Assembly (NCBI GenBank): GCA_030603185.1 | Contig: JAUVYG010000001.1 | Span: forward strand, 1 to 63,981 | Reading direction: 5' to 3' | Source: Actinomycetota bacterium | Lineage (GTDB): Bacteria; Actinomycetota; JAUVYG01 | Length of the DNA: 63,981 bases | Part shown: positions 49,941-61,189 of the stretch, in pieces | Layout: each line of letters starts with the position of its first letter | How positions within the stretch are numbered: position 1 is the first letter of the stretch | The notes under the pieces: model-generated | Databases searched by the model: none | Seen by the model: the letters and a program-made list of their open reading frames with translations, nothing else | Told to the model about the DNA's origin: nothing | Translations under genes and position numbers: made by a program

Positions 49941-51872
49941 GTGCCATTGAGCATTCTTGACAGGGTCCAAGGCCCTGCTGACCTTAAGACACTCTCTCAA
50001 GCGGAATTGACCGAGCTTGCTGAGGACATACGGCGATCGTTGATCGGTGTCGTCTCAGAGACCGGTGGACATTTGGCTCCCAATCTTGGAGTTGTCGAGC
50101 TTACTCTTGGGCTGCATCTGGCGTTGGACCTTCCGAAAGACAAGATCGTTTGGGATGTTGGTCATCAGTGCTATGTACACAAGCTATTAACTGGCCGAAA
50201 GGACAAGTTCAATACTCTTCGAACCATGGACGGCCTTTCGGGATTTCCTAAAAGATCCGAGAGTGAATACGACTGTGCTGATACCGGCCACAGCTCCACC
50301 TCCATCAGTATTGCGCTTGGAATATCCGAGGCAAAAGAGAGGCTCGGCCAGGACGGAACTGCAGTTGCTGTGATTGGGGACGGGGCGCTTACCGGTGGTC
50401 TGGCATATGAAGCACTTAATCACGCTGGCCATATTGAACGAGATCTAATAGTAGTTCTCAACGACAATGAGATGTCCATCGATACCAATGTGGGTGCGAT
50501 CTCAAAGTATCTTGAGAGACTGAGACTTGATCCCACGATGCGGAACCGCAAGCAGTTCTGGGAACAGACAATGCAGAAGATCCCGGCCATCGGGCAGCGA
50601 CTTGTTCAAATGGAAGAAAAGTTCATGGACATGGTGGTGCGCCTTGTCGTACCGGGCCTCTTCTTTGAGGAACTCGGTTTCAAATACATAGGCCCTATCG
50701 ATGGTCATGATATCGAAGCAGTCAGAGCCGATATTGCCCTAGCCAAAGAGACTGGTGGCCCGGTCTTAATTCACTGCATCACCAAGAAGGGTCATGGCTA
50801 TACACCTGCTGAGAATCACCCAGCTCGATTTCATGGCACTTCGCCCTTTCACATCTCAGATGGGTTGCCTAAAAAGCGCGCGAGTTCTCCGAGCTACACA
50901 GATGTGTTTGGGGATGCGTTAGTCGAGATTGCTGAGAATCGACCTGAGATCGTTGCCGTTACTGCCGCAATGGCAACTGGTACCGGCCTGGATGTGTTTT
51001 CTGAAAAGTATCCAGACAGGTTCTATGATGTTGGCATCGCGGAGGGGCACGCGGTGACTTTCGCTTCAGGCCTAGCCTCGGGTGGCCTCAAGCCTGTAGT
51101 GGCCGTTTACTCGACCTTTCTGCAAAGAGCGTACGATAGCATTCTTCACGACGTGGCCCTAAGTGGCCACAGCGTCATTTTCGCCGTTGATAGGGCCGGA
51201 TTGGTGGGGGAGGACGGACCGACTCACCATGGTGCTTTTGACCTAAGCTATCTTCTGTCAGTGCCCGGCATGACTGTGATGTCTCCTAGCGATGAGAACG
51301 AGTTACGAGATATGCTCTTCACCGCTATGGATATCAATGGTCCCGTGGCGATCAGATATCCCAGGGGATCCGGTCCCGGGGTTGAACTTCGTTCGATGCA
51401 AAAGATTCCATTGGGTCAGCCTCGCAGGTTGGATGAGAGCATGGGGGCCAAGGTAAACATCGTTGCCCTTGGGCGAATGGTGGAGCAGGCTCACGGGGCT
51501 GCCCAGATTCTCAAGGCCAATGATATTACTGTCTCAGTGATCGATGCCAGGTTCGCAAAGCCGCTGGACCAGAAGTACTATATTGATCTAGTCGCTGATT
51601 GTGATCTATTGGTCACGGTAGAAGAGAACTCAGTTCAAGGTGGCTTTGGGGCATCTGTGGCGTCCCTCATGGCAGACAATGCTTTGTCAGGAAGTCTTAT
51701 TCGATGCGGCCTACCGGACAGCTTCGTTCCACATGGCACGGTGGATCAGTTGTTCCCAATGATCGGGCTTGATCCGACGGGTATTGCGGCTTTAGTTCTT
51801 GAGAGGCTCGGCGTGAGCTCATCAATCGTTCAAGCCGCCAAGAAGCCGTCTCACCTTACAATGGTGAGGTGA
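49941..51872 (+). CDS. dxs: 1-deoxy-D-xylulose-5-phosphate synthase
   Basis: GHSSTSIS and the TPP motif IGDGALTGG. Confidence 0.95.
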   Translation: MPLSILDRVQGPADLKTLSQAELTELAEDIRRSLIGVVSETGGHLAPNLGVVELTLGLHLALDLPKDKIVWDVGHQCYVHKLLTGRKDKFNTLRTMDGLSGFPKRSESEYDCADTGHSSTSISIALGISEAKERLGQDGTAVAVIGDGALTGGLAYEALNHAGHIERDLIVVLNDNEMSIDTNVGAISKYLERLRLDPTMRNRKQFWEQTMQKIPAIGQRLVQMEEKFMDMVVRLVVPGLFFEELGFKYIGPIDGHDIEAVRADIALAKETGGPVLIHCITKKGHGYTPAENHPARFHGTSPFHISDGLPKKRASSPSYTDVFGDALVEIAENRPEIVAVTAAMATGTGLDVFSEKYPDRFYDVGIAEGHAVTFASGLASGGLKPVVAVYSTFLQRAYDSILHDVALSGHSVIFAVDRAGLVGEDGPTHHGAFDLSYLLSVPGMTVMSPSDENELRDMLFTAMDINGPVAIRYPRGSGPGVELRSMQKIPLGQPRRLDESMGAKVNIVALGRMVEQAHGAAQILKANDITVSVIDARFAKPLDQKYYIDLVADCDLLVTVEENSVQGGFGASVASLMADNALSGSLIRCGLPDSFVPHGTVDQLFPMIGLDPTGIAALVLERLGVSSSIVQAAKKPSHLTMVR

Positions 51873-52705
51873 ACTTGGCTCGGGTCAGAAGGATTAGGAT
51901 CGACTCGCTGCTTGTAGACACCGATACCTTCCAAAGTAGGACCAAGGCGCAGGAGGCCGTTGATGCGGGCCGGGTGTTTATCGACAAGAAGCCCATCACC
52001 AAGTCCAGCACACTCGTGGCTGTGGACTCGAATATCCAAGTCCAACCAGGCAAGGACTACGTATCTAGAGGTGCCTACAAGCTTCTCGCTGCGCTCGATC
52101 GATTTGCCATAGATGTTGACGACAAGGTTGTGCTTGACGCTGGCTGCTCGACTGGGGGCTTTACGCAGGTCTGCCTGGAGCGCGGAGCTCGCAAGGTCAT
52201 TGGGGTGGATGTCGGATACGGTCAGTTCGCATGGAAACTAAGAAGTGATTCCAGAGTGGAACTACTCGAGAGAACGAACATCCGAAACATTAGAAGGGGC
52301 GACATTAGACCGGAACCCGACATTGTCGTGGCGGACCTTTCCTTCATCTCATTAACCAAAGTGATCCACAATCTGGTTGGAGTTCTAGCGGCGCAAGGTG
52401 AGATCGTAGCCCTCGTGAAACCCCAATTCGAACTTGAACGGAGCATGATCGGTAAAGGCGGTATTGTTCGTAAGCCTGAGTATCATGAGGTGGCGCTGGA
52501 ACGGGTAATCGACTCGCTCCCACAGGGGAGTATTGTTCGAGGGCTAATGGTATCTCCTATTAAGGGAGCTGAAGGCAACATAGAATACTTGTTGTACCTT
52601 GTGAATGCTGACACAATCAGCACCGACGCAACCAGCTCAAGCAGGAAGAGTTCTACTTTGGTCAAGCAAGTGGTCACAGAGGCATGGGGGCCGGCAGACA
52701 AGTGA
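51869..52705 (+). CDS. tlyA: TlyA-family rRNA 2'-O-methyltransferase
   Basis: N-terminal S4 domain. SAM motif LDAGCSTGGFT. Confidence 0.88.
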   Translation: MNLARVRRIRIDSLLVDTDTFQSRTKAQEAVDAGRVFIDKKPITKSSTLVAVDSNIQVQPGKDYVSRGAYKLLAALDRFAIDVDDKVVLDAGCSTGGFTQVCLERGARKVIGVDVGYGQFAWKLRSDSRVELLERTNIRNIRRGDIRPEPDIVVADLSFISLTKVIHNLVGVLAAQGEIVALVKPQFELERSMIGKGGIVRKPEYHEVALERVIDSLPQGSIVRGLMVSPIKGAEGNIEYLLYLVNADTISTDATSSSRKSSTLVKQVVTEAWGPADK

Positions 52706-53559
52706 TTAACAGCTGCTGCATCCTAGCTCATCATCAAAAATCCGAGGCATTGTCCGCAGCCACCAGTGTTGCGAAAGACCTTGAGGCCGCAGGCATCAAG
52801 GTGCGAGTGCCTTCAAATGAGGCAGAGCATTACAACATGCCCGGTTATGCGAGTTCGATTGACGACTGCAAGGACAGCGATATCATTCTTGTCTTTGGCG
52901 GGGACGGAACTATTCTTCGGGCCGTTAGATGGCTGGACGGAAAGAGTGTTCCCATTCTTGGCGTCAACCTGGGACGCCTGGGTTTTTTGGCTGGATCTGA
53001 GCGGGAATATATCGATGGGCTGGTCGAACGCATAACTAATGGAAAATACTTAGAGCAGGATCGGATGCTTCTCGAGTACGAGATCGAGTCAGTTTCCGGA
53101 GGTGTAGTCAGTGGCCATGCTCTTAACGAGGTGGTTGTGGGATGGGGAACTCAGCCCAGGGTCTTGAGGTCGTCTCTGTCGGTTAACGGCGAGACATTCA
53201 TCGAGTACGCTTCGGATGGGGTGATCATCTCTACACCCACTGGATCCACCGCATATTCGTTATCTGCCGGTGGACCGATCGTCTCTCCAGGCTGTGAGCT
53301 GATCTTGGTCACCCCTGTGTGTCCGCACACGCTTTTCAACCGAAGCGTGGTGTTCTCGCCGACAGATGTCATTGAGCTTCGTCCAGACGATGAGGTTCGC
53401 GTCACTGTGGACGGCGTAGTGATCGATACAGGCCAGTATAGCCGGATCACGGTGAAGGCGTCGGGCCGTACGGTTCGCCTCCTTCAGTTCCACGAAAACG
53501 CCTTCTACCGCATTCTCAGTGACAAGCTAAGCATCAATCAACCTGTTCCGAGGAGCTGA
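52684..53559 (+). CDS. nadK: NAD kinase
   Basis: GGDGTILR motif. Start uncertain. Confidence 0.9.
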   Translation: MGAGRQVINSCCILAHHQKSEALSAATSVAKDLEAAGIKVRVPSNEAEHYNMPGYASSIDDCKDSDIILVFGGDGTILRAVRWLDGKSVPILGVNLGRLGFLAGSEREYIDGLVERITNGKYLEQDRMLLEYEIESVSGGVVSGHALNEVVVGWGTQPRVLRSSLSVNGETFIEYASDGVIISTPTGSTAYSLSAGGPIVSPGCELILVTPVCPHTLFNRSVVFSPTDVIELRPDDEVRVTVDGVVIDTGQYSRITVKASGRTVRLLQFHENAFYRILSDKLSINQPVPRS

Positions 53560-53560
53560 G

Positions 53561-55258
53561 TTGATCACAGAGTTGTCAATTGAGAACTTTGCGTTGATAG
53601 ACAGAGTCAGCATACAGTTCGGTCCGGGCCTGACTGTGTTGACAGGGGAGACCGGCGCAGGTAAATCCATTATCGTAGGTGCTCTAAGTCTTGCTATGGG
53701 GGCTAGGGGTAGTGCCGATGTGGTCCGGGATCAAAGCGGGTCAGCTAGGGTAGACGTTGCCTTCGACGCAAACAGTGAAGTTCAACGAGCGCTTGAGGCT
53801 ATGGGGCTGCCAGTGGAAGATAGTCTAGTTCTTAGTAGGTCCATATCAAGTGATGGAAGAAGTAAGTGTTGGATAAATGGTCGTCCTGCAACCGTTGGGA
53901 CCCTCGCGGCTCTGGGCAATATGCTTGTCGACTATCACGGGCAACATGAACACCAGAGATTGATGTCTGCTAGCTCTCACATCTCATATGTTGACGCATA
54001 TGGTGGCGAGGTTCTTGCCGACCTGTTACGAGTCTATAAGTCGAGCTGGACAAAGATGAAGGAGTTGGCTGACCGTTTGGAGTCTGAAATCGCTGCCCGA
54101 TCTGAGTCTCAGTCTAGGGTTGCGCAGGATGAGGCGAGTCTTGAGGAGCTCGAGGCCGTCTCTTTGGGCGAACCTGATGAGATCGACCATCTGATTCAGG
54201 AAAGAGAGAGGATCCGCAACTCGACCTCATTGTTCGAATCAGCCTCAGGATCCTTGCGCTACCTTGAGGACGAGCAGTCCTCTCCATCGATCAGTACTCA
54301 GTTGATCGAGGCGCTCAGAGCACTGGCACCGGGAGGACGGCTTGATCCTCAGATGGATAAAATATCTGACCGGCTGTCAGACCTCGCTGATGAAGTAAGC
54401 ACGATCACCTCAGATATTAGGAGTTACCAAGAGGGCCTTGCCGAGGGAAAGAATCGACTGGACGAGGTTGAAAGTCGACTGTTTCAGCTAGAAGAGATCG
54501 TCCGCAGGTACGGACCCAAAGTATCAGATGCTATCCAGCGCCGGGATCAGTTGAGAGATCAGCTATTAGGTCGGGGTGGAGAGACTGATGCTGTAGGTCT
54601 ACTTGAAACACAACTTGGCATGGCGAGTGACACCGTTGCTGAGGAAGGAAAATCTCTATCAAAGGGAAGAGAGAAGGCAGCTGCCGAGATGTGTGCTGCG
54701 GTCGGTGGTTTTATGCAGGAGCTCGGCCTCAATGAGGCTTCTATAACCACCGACCAATCCACAGTTCCTGTGGAAGAAGCTAATTCAAGCGGTATGGATG
54801 CAATCGAGTTCAGGGTGAGTCTGAATCCGGGTGAGCCCAGCAAGGCTTTAGCTCAGTCTGCGTCAGGCGGAGAAATATCACGCATCATGCTATCAATAAA
54901 GCTGGCATTGGATGGGCGCGATCCGGTCGGAACCCTTGTATTTGATGAGATAGACACCGGGGTGGGCGGATCCAAGGCACTCCATTTAGGGGAAAAGATG
55001 GCCAAGTTGTCATCGATGCAGCAGGTCATATGTGTCACACATCTACCGCAGATAGCTGCATGGGCTGACGACCAGATAGTAGTGGATAAACAGTCGACAG
55101 GCGGACGTACCATCACAACGGTGCAGATCATACTGGCTGACCAGAGGCCAGTGGCTCTTAGCCGCATGCTAGGAAGTGTGGACGGCAGCGCTGGGCTGGC
55201 TCATGCTGAAGAGATGTTTAGGACTGCACAACAGGAAAAGAAGATTGCGCTCGGATAA
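53561..55258 (+). CDS. recN: DNA repair protein RecN
   Basis: LSIENFALI and Walker A GETGAGKS. C-terminal SGGEISR and LVFDEIDTG. Confidence 0.95.
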   Translation: MITELSIENFALIDRVSIQFGPGLTVLTGETGAGKSIIVGALSLAMGARGSADVVRDQSGSARVDVAFDANSEVQRALEAMGLPVEDSLVLSRSISSDGRSKCWINGRPATVGTLAALGNMLVDYHGQHEHQRLMSASSHISYVDAYGGEVLADLLRVYKSSWTKMKELADRLESEIAARSESQSRVAQDEASLEELEAVSLGEPDEIDHLIQERERIRNSTSLFESASGSLRYLEDEQSSPSISTQLIEALRALAPGGRLDPQMDKISDRLSDLADEVSTITSDIRSYQEGLAEGKNRLDEVESRLFQLEEIVRRYGPKVSDAIQRRDQLRDQLLGRGGETDAVGLLETQLGMASDTVAEEGKSLSKGREKAAAEMCAAVGGFMQELGLNEASITTDQSTVPVEEANSSGMDAIEFRVSLNPGEPSKALAQSASGGEISRIMLSIKLALDGRDPVGTLVFDEIDTGVGGSKALHLGEKMAKLSSMQQVICVTHLPQIAAWADDQIVVDKQSTGGRTITTVQIILADQRPVALSRMLGSVDGSAGLAHAEEMFRTAQQEKKIALG

Positions 55259-56399
55259 CAAAGGCTCGTCCAGGAAGAGGGATCGTCCTCTTAAGGCACG
55301 AGTAGATCATCGGACCAAAGACCTAGTAAAACGGGCACGCCCCGGAGAAGTAGCATTCATCGATCATGAGGACGTGGATCGTGTTTCTGCTGAGGGGCTT
55401 ATAAAGTCCAAAGTTAGTTATGTGGTCAATACCTCGGAAACCATTAGTGGGAGATACCCGAATCCCGGGCCCGTTCTCTTGTTGGACGCAGGGATCACAG
55501 TCATCGATGGGGTCGGCAAAGATGTATTCGCCGTCGTCTCCGAGGGCGACAGCGTCGTCATTACTGATGGCAAGATATTTCATGGTGACGAGGAAGTAGC
55601 TAACGGTGAGCCCCTGACTCGAGAGAAGATCCAGGAACGACTTGACCTGGCAGAGGTCAACCTTGCGAGCGAACTTGAAGCCTTCGCTATGAACACATTG
55701 GAATACCTCAAGACCGAGAACACAGCACTGTTCGGCTTAATCGATGTGCCCCCGGTCAAGGCCAAGATAGCTGGAAATCATGCCCTGGTCGTTGTCAGAG
55801 GTCATGCTTACGAGACCGATCTTAGAGTTCTTACTTCCTACATAAAAGAGATGCGACCCGTACTTATCGCCGTCGACGGCGGGGCAGATGCCCTTTTGGC
55901 GCGAGGTCTGACTCCGGATATCATTGTCGGAGACATGGACAGCGTGTCCGATTCCGCGCTCAAGTGTGGCGCTGATCTTATCGTGCATGCTTTCCCTGAT
56001 GGTAGAGCTCCTGGGTCTGAGAGGCTGGATGAGCTCAAGCTCGAGCATATTACCTTCGCAGCAGCCGCTACCAGCGAGGATATTGCTTTGATTCTCGCTT
56101 ACGAGCATGGTGCAGAGCTTATCGTGGCCGTCGGCACCCATACTAACTTGGTAGATTTCCTTGATAAGGGACGCAAGGGGATGGCGAGTAGTTTCCTTAC
56201 AAAGTTGAAGGTCGGCCGAAGACTTGTAGACGCGAAGGGTGTGGGTGAGATATACAAGAGCAGGGTTCAGACATGGCATTTGTCTGCGCTGATGATTGCG
56301 GGTATCGCTGCGATCACTACGATAATTTTGGTCTCGCCCTCTATCAAATACCTTATAACGTTGTTTGCTCTTCGGGTGCGATTAATGTTCGGATTCTAA
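55245..56399 (+). CDS. steA: SteA-family protein (thiamin-pyrophosphokinase-like fold plus C-terminal TM)
   Basis: ARVDHRTKDLVKRARPGEVAFIDHEDVDRVSA matches the typical SteA N-terminus. TTG 55245 is proposed as start; the track start at 55176 lies inside recN. Confidence 0.75.
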   Translation: MRSDNKGSSRKRDRPLKARVDHRTKDLVKRARPGEVAFIDHEDVDRVSAEGLIKSKVSYVVNTSETISGRYPNPGPVLLLDAGITVIDGVGKDVFAVVSEGDSVVITDGKIFHGDEEVANGEPLTREKIQERLDLAEVNLASELEAFAMNTLEYLKTENTALFGLIDVPPVKAKIAGNHALVVVRGHAYETDLRVLTSYIKEMRPVLIAVDGGADALLARGLTPDIIVGDMDSVSDSALKCGADLIVHAFPDGRAPGSERLDELKLEHITFAAAATSEDIALILAYEHGAELIVAVGTHTNLVDFLDKGRKGMASSFLTKLKVGRRLVDAKGVGEIYKSRVQTWHLSALMIAGIAAITTIILVSPSIKYLITLFALRVRLMFGF

Positions 56400-56418
56400 T
56401 CAAAGAACGGAGTCTCGC

Positions 56419-57333
56419 TTGTTCGACATGAGAGCGTACGTCGCGTCCCTTATAGCTGTTTTCATGGCCCTGGCCATCGGGATACTGCTGGGTACGGTGA
56501 TCCAAGAGAATTCCCCCCTGGTCGACCAGATCGACGCCCAGATTGAGAGTCTTCAAGGGGATTTCGCCTCGATCAGGGAGGAGAACCGCACCCTAGAGGA
56601 TGAACTTGAAGGAGCTAGACAGATTGGCGAGTCAATTCTTCCTGTGCTGACTAGCGGAAAGCTTCTGGGGAAAAAGGTCACCTTGATAAAGACCGGTCGG
56701 GTCTCAAATCAGGTCCCAGCGACCTTGCTTGATGCGTTGCACGAGGCAGGAGCTGACGTGTCCGAGCTCACTGTCGTCAAGTACGGAATAAGCTCAGACA
56801 TCGAGGAAGCTCTCCAGAAGTATGCTGTCGACGATGTTGTCGAGAGCGCCACTCCAGATACTGGAGTGGCATCAGACACCACATCATCCGATGATGCGAC
56901 TGGTATTCCTGTGGTCATCGACGATGAATATCTGGCAACGGTTCTCGCGAGTTCTTTGGCGGGATCAGGAGCTGCACCATCTATCGCCGATTTGACGAAA
57001 ATGGGAGTAATCAACGCCGATACCCCAATTGGAACCTCCACGGATGCCGTTATTCTGATCGTTGATCCGAGTAAGGATGCAGGAGTTGCCGATAGTTTTC
57101 TTGTACCTCTCTCTGAAGCATTCAACTCTGTTGGAATCGTTGCAGTGGTGGCAGAAACAGGCCAGACCAATGAGTCCATCATGCCTTCGTTCTCTGTGTC
57201 AGGAATCAGCACCGTAGACAATATTGATGACGCAACTGGCAGCATCAGCGCTGTCTACGCTTTGAGTGGAATCATCGGCAGCTTTGGTAAAAAGGATGGC
57301 GCAGAATCTCTCCTTCCCCTGCTGGAACAGTAA
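56419..57333 (+). CDS. MctB/'copper transporter' (DUF3186) family membrane protein
   Basis: MFDMRAYVASLIAVFMALAIGILLG N-terminus followed by a coiled coil. Position after steA as in Actinomycetota. Confidence 0.75.
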   Translation: MFDMRAYVASLIAVFMALAIGILLGTVIQENSPLVDQIDAQIESLQGDFASIREENRTLEDELEGARQIGESILPVLTSGKLLGKKVTLIKTGRVSNQVPATLLDALHEAGADVSELTVVKYGISSDIEEALQKYAVDDVVESATPDTGVASDTTSSDDATGIPVVIDDEYLATVLASSLAGSGAAPSIADLTKMGVINADTPIGTSTDAVILIVDPSKDAGVADSFLVPLSEAFNSVGIVAVVAETGQTNESIMPSFSVSGISTVDNIDDATGSISAVYALSGIIGSFGKKDGAESLLPLLEQ

Positions 57334-57335
57334 GA

Positions 57336-57992
57336 GTCCAAGCAATAGTCCCCGCCTTCAATGAAGCGGATTCCATAGCGGACGTTGTAGGTGTACTCAA
57401 GTCGATAGACGAAATCGATGGGATTGTCGTGGTGAACGATGGTTCCTCCGACAACACTGGAGCCCTTGCAGCAAGTGCAGGTGCAATAGTCATCAATAAT
57501 GTTCGGAATATCGGCAAGGGGCACTCAGTAAAGGGTGCTCTTGCACAACTGGACGCAGATATATTCCTTTTAGTCGATGGTGACACCGGGCGTACCGCCA
57601 GTGAAGTTCATCGTCTATTGCTCCCTGTCCTTGTCGGAGAGGCCGATATGACTATTGGTGTATTTCCCAGCCGTGAGGGCAAAGGTGGATTTGGTATCGC
57701 CAAGGGCTTCGCCACATGGTCTGTTGAGCGTTTGACTGGTCGCAGATTAGCTGAGCCATTGTCAGGGCAGCGCGCTTTTCTATCCCGGTTGTTGCCAGAC
57801 ATGAGGTTGGATCCTGGATATGGACTCGAAACCGGCATGAATATCGATGTGCTTCGTGCTGGAGCCACTGTCGTCGAGGTTCCGGTGAACATGACTCATG
57901 CGCATACCGGAAGAAGTCTTGCCGGTTTCGTGCATCGAGGAAAGCAATTGATGTCCATCATCTTTGCTGCTGCACGCAGGGTCCTGCGGTAG
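57336..57992 (+). CDS. Family-2 glycosyltransferase (start codon unresolved)
   Basis: VQAIVPAFNEADSI ... VVVNDGSSDNT ... LVDGD. The conserved N-terminal 31 codons lie upstream of the first canonical start (GTG 57429). Confidence 0.7.
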   Translation, partial: VQAIVPAFNEADSIADVVGVLKSIDEIDGIVVVNDGSSDNTGALAASAGAIVINNVRNIGKGHSVKGALAQLDADIFLLVDGDTGRTASEVHRLLLPVLVGEADMTIGVFPSREGKGGFGIAKGFATWSVERLTGRRLAEPLSGQRAFLSRLLPDMRLDPGYGLETGMNIDVLRAGATVVEVPVNMTHAHTGRSLAGFVHRGKQLMSIIFAAARRVLR

Positions 57993-58003
57993 ATATTTCT
58001 ACG

Positions 58004-58858
58004 ATGGACATCATTGTCGCCAGCTTTGCTGCACTTCTTACCTCTGCGATATCTCTCCAGCTTCTTGTAAGGATTACCAGAACGATGGGAATGGTTCGCG
58101 AAAATTTCGCGGGTACCTCGATACCTGTAGGCACTGGTCTTGCGTTCTCGTTGGGTCTTGCTGTCGGCTCCATTGTCTACGTGGCAATGGGAAATGGTTC
58201 CACATGGTATCTATTGCCTGGCTTCACCGTGTTGCTCTTCGGGGTTCTTGGATTCATAGACGACAGGTGGGGCGATCGGAGCATCGGTGGGTTTGCTGGA
58301 CATATAGGCGCACTCCTAAAAGGAATTCTGACCACCGGTGCAGTGAAGGCATTGGGTGGGGGAATGATAGCTTTGTTGTTTGCCTTTACCGTGATTCCCT
58401 TGATTGATCCCGATGTTGGGATTCTAAGGCTACTGCTGGATGCAGCCCTGATAGCCCTGGCCTCAAATACCTTCAACCTATTCGATCTGAGGCCAGCCAG
58501 GGCACAGAAAGTATTCCTCGTCCTACTCGTGGTCTTGATCGCAGCAGGAGCAACTTCCCTGGCTGACATACTTTCAGGCTCTGGCATCAGCAGCTATTGG
58601 GTGTTAGCTGTTGCAGCTACTTTGCCCTTATTCCTTGGTGACCTACGGGCAAGATTCATGCTGGGTGACAGTGGCAGCAATGCAATAGGGGCAGCGGTCG
58701 GAGTTGGTTTGGCTGGAACACTGGGGACACCAGCACTTATTACTGTGGTCGCTGTGATGCTGCTTATCCACTGGTATGGTGAGGTGCATTCGATTACAAA
58801 GTTGATTGAGGCAACCCCTGGTTTGCGTCAGCTTGATGAACTTGGAAGGAAACACTGA
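58004..58858 (+). CDS. MraY/WecA-like (glycosyltransferase family 4) polytopic membrane protein
   Basis: GFIDDRWG, NTFNLFD and MLGDSGSNAIGAAVG resemble GT4 motifs. Atypical: short (284 aa) and lacks the DGxDGL part. Confidence 0.55.
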   Translation: MDIIVASFAALLTSAISLQLLVRITRTMGMVRENFAGTSIPVGTGLAFSLGLAVGSIVYVAMGNGSTWYLLPGFTVLLFGVLGFIDDRWGDRSIGGFAGHIGALLKGILTTGAVKALGGGMIALLFAFTVIPLIDPDVGILRLLLDAALIALASNTFNLFDLRPARAQKVFLVLLVVLIAAGATSLADILSGSGISSYWVLAVAATLPLFLGDLRARFMLGDSGSNAIGAAVGVGLAGTLGTPALITVVAVMLLIHWYGEVHSITKLIEATPGLRQLDELGRKH

Positions 58859-58865
58859 AAATACT

Positions 58866-58894
58866 TTGTCACCACCGACTAATATCTCTAGAAT
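58866..58894 (+). promoter_or_regulatory. Candidate promoter TTGTCA-17 nt-TAGAAT for pyrG
   Basis: Hexamers at 58866-58871 and 58889-58894. Confidence 0.5.
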
Positions 58895-58960
58895 GCGAAT
58901 GGTGGGATCAACTAACCGCAGCTTTGGAACAATCTGCTTGTGCCTTACGACAGTGATTAA

Positions 58961-60625
<1,665 letters not shown>

Positions 60626-60643
60626 GTCGGGCTGCTAAGCTCG

Positions 60644-61189
60644 ATGTACCACGTGATCAGCTCTCGCCAGATATACAAGGGTGGAGTCATATCATTACGC
60701 CGAGACGATGTCAGGTATGACAGTGGCGATCTTGGTGTCAGAGAGGTTATCCACCACCCCGGCGCTGTCGCTGTCGCTGGGATCACCCATGACGGTAGAG
60801 TGCCTCTTGTGTTGCAGTACAGACACCCCACCGCGAGCAAGATACTCGAGATTCCGGCTGGCCTACTTGAGCCCGATCAGGACCCACTGGACTGCGCGAT
60901 TCGCGAACTAAAGGAAGAGGTCGGCGGAGTCGCTGACCAATACATTCCTGCCGGTTGGTTCTACACCACTCCGGGATGTAGCGACGAACGCTTGATGCTT
61001 TACCTGGCTGTTGGGATCACTATGGGGCCCAACGAGCCTGAAGATGGTGAGCTACTTGAACCCGTACTCTACACACTCGACGAGGCTCTAGGACTAGTCG
61101 AATCAGGGGGGATGGTTGACGCGAAATCCATTATCGGACTGTATCAGCTTGAGAAATACCTGGTCCAGCAGGGACTGAGGAATCAATGA
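60644..61189 (+). CDS. NUDIX hydrolase (ADP-ribose pyrophosphatase-like)
   Basis: Nudix box GLLEPDQDPLDCAIRELKEEVGG. Confidence 0.88.
   Translation: MYHVISSRQIYKGGVISLRRDDVRYDSGDLGVREVIHHPGAVAVAGITHDGRVPLVLQYRHPTASKILEIPAGLLEPDQDPLDCAIRELKEEVGGVADQYIPAGWFYTTPGCSDERLMLYLAVGITMGPNEPEDGELLEPVLYTLDEALGLVESGGMVDAKSIIGLYQLEKYLVQQGLRNQ

Noticed and set aside
55737-57245. 180-aa and 178-aa reverse ORFs over steA and the mctB-like gene.
   Set aside because: They are antisense to frames with family-typical N-termini and conserved synteny.
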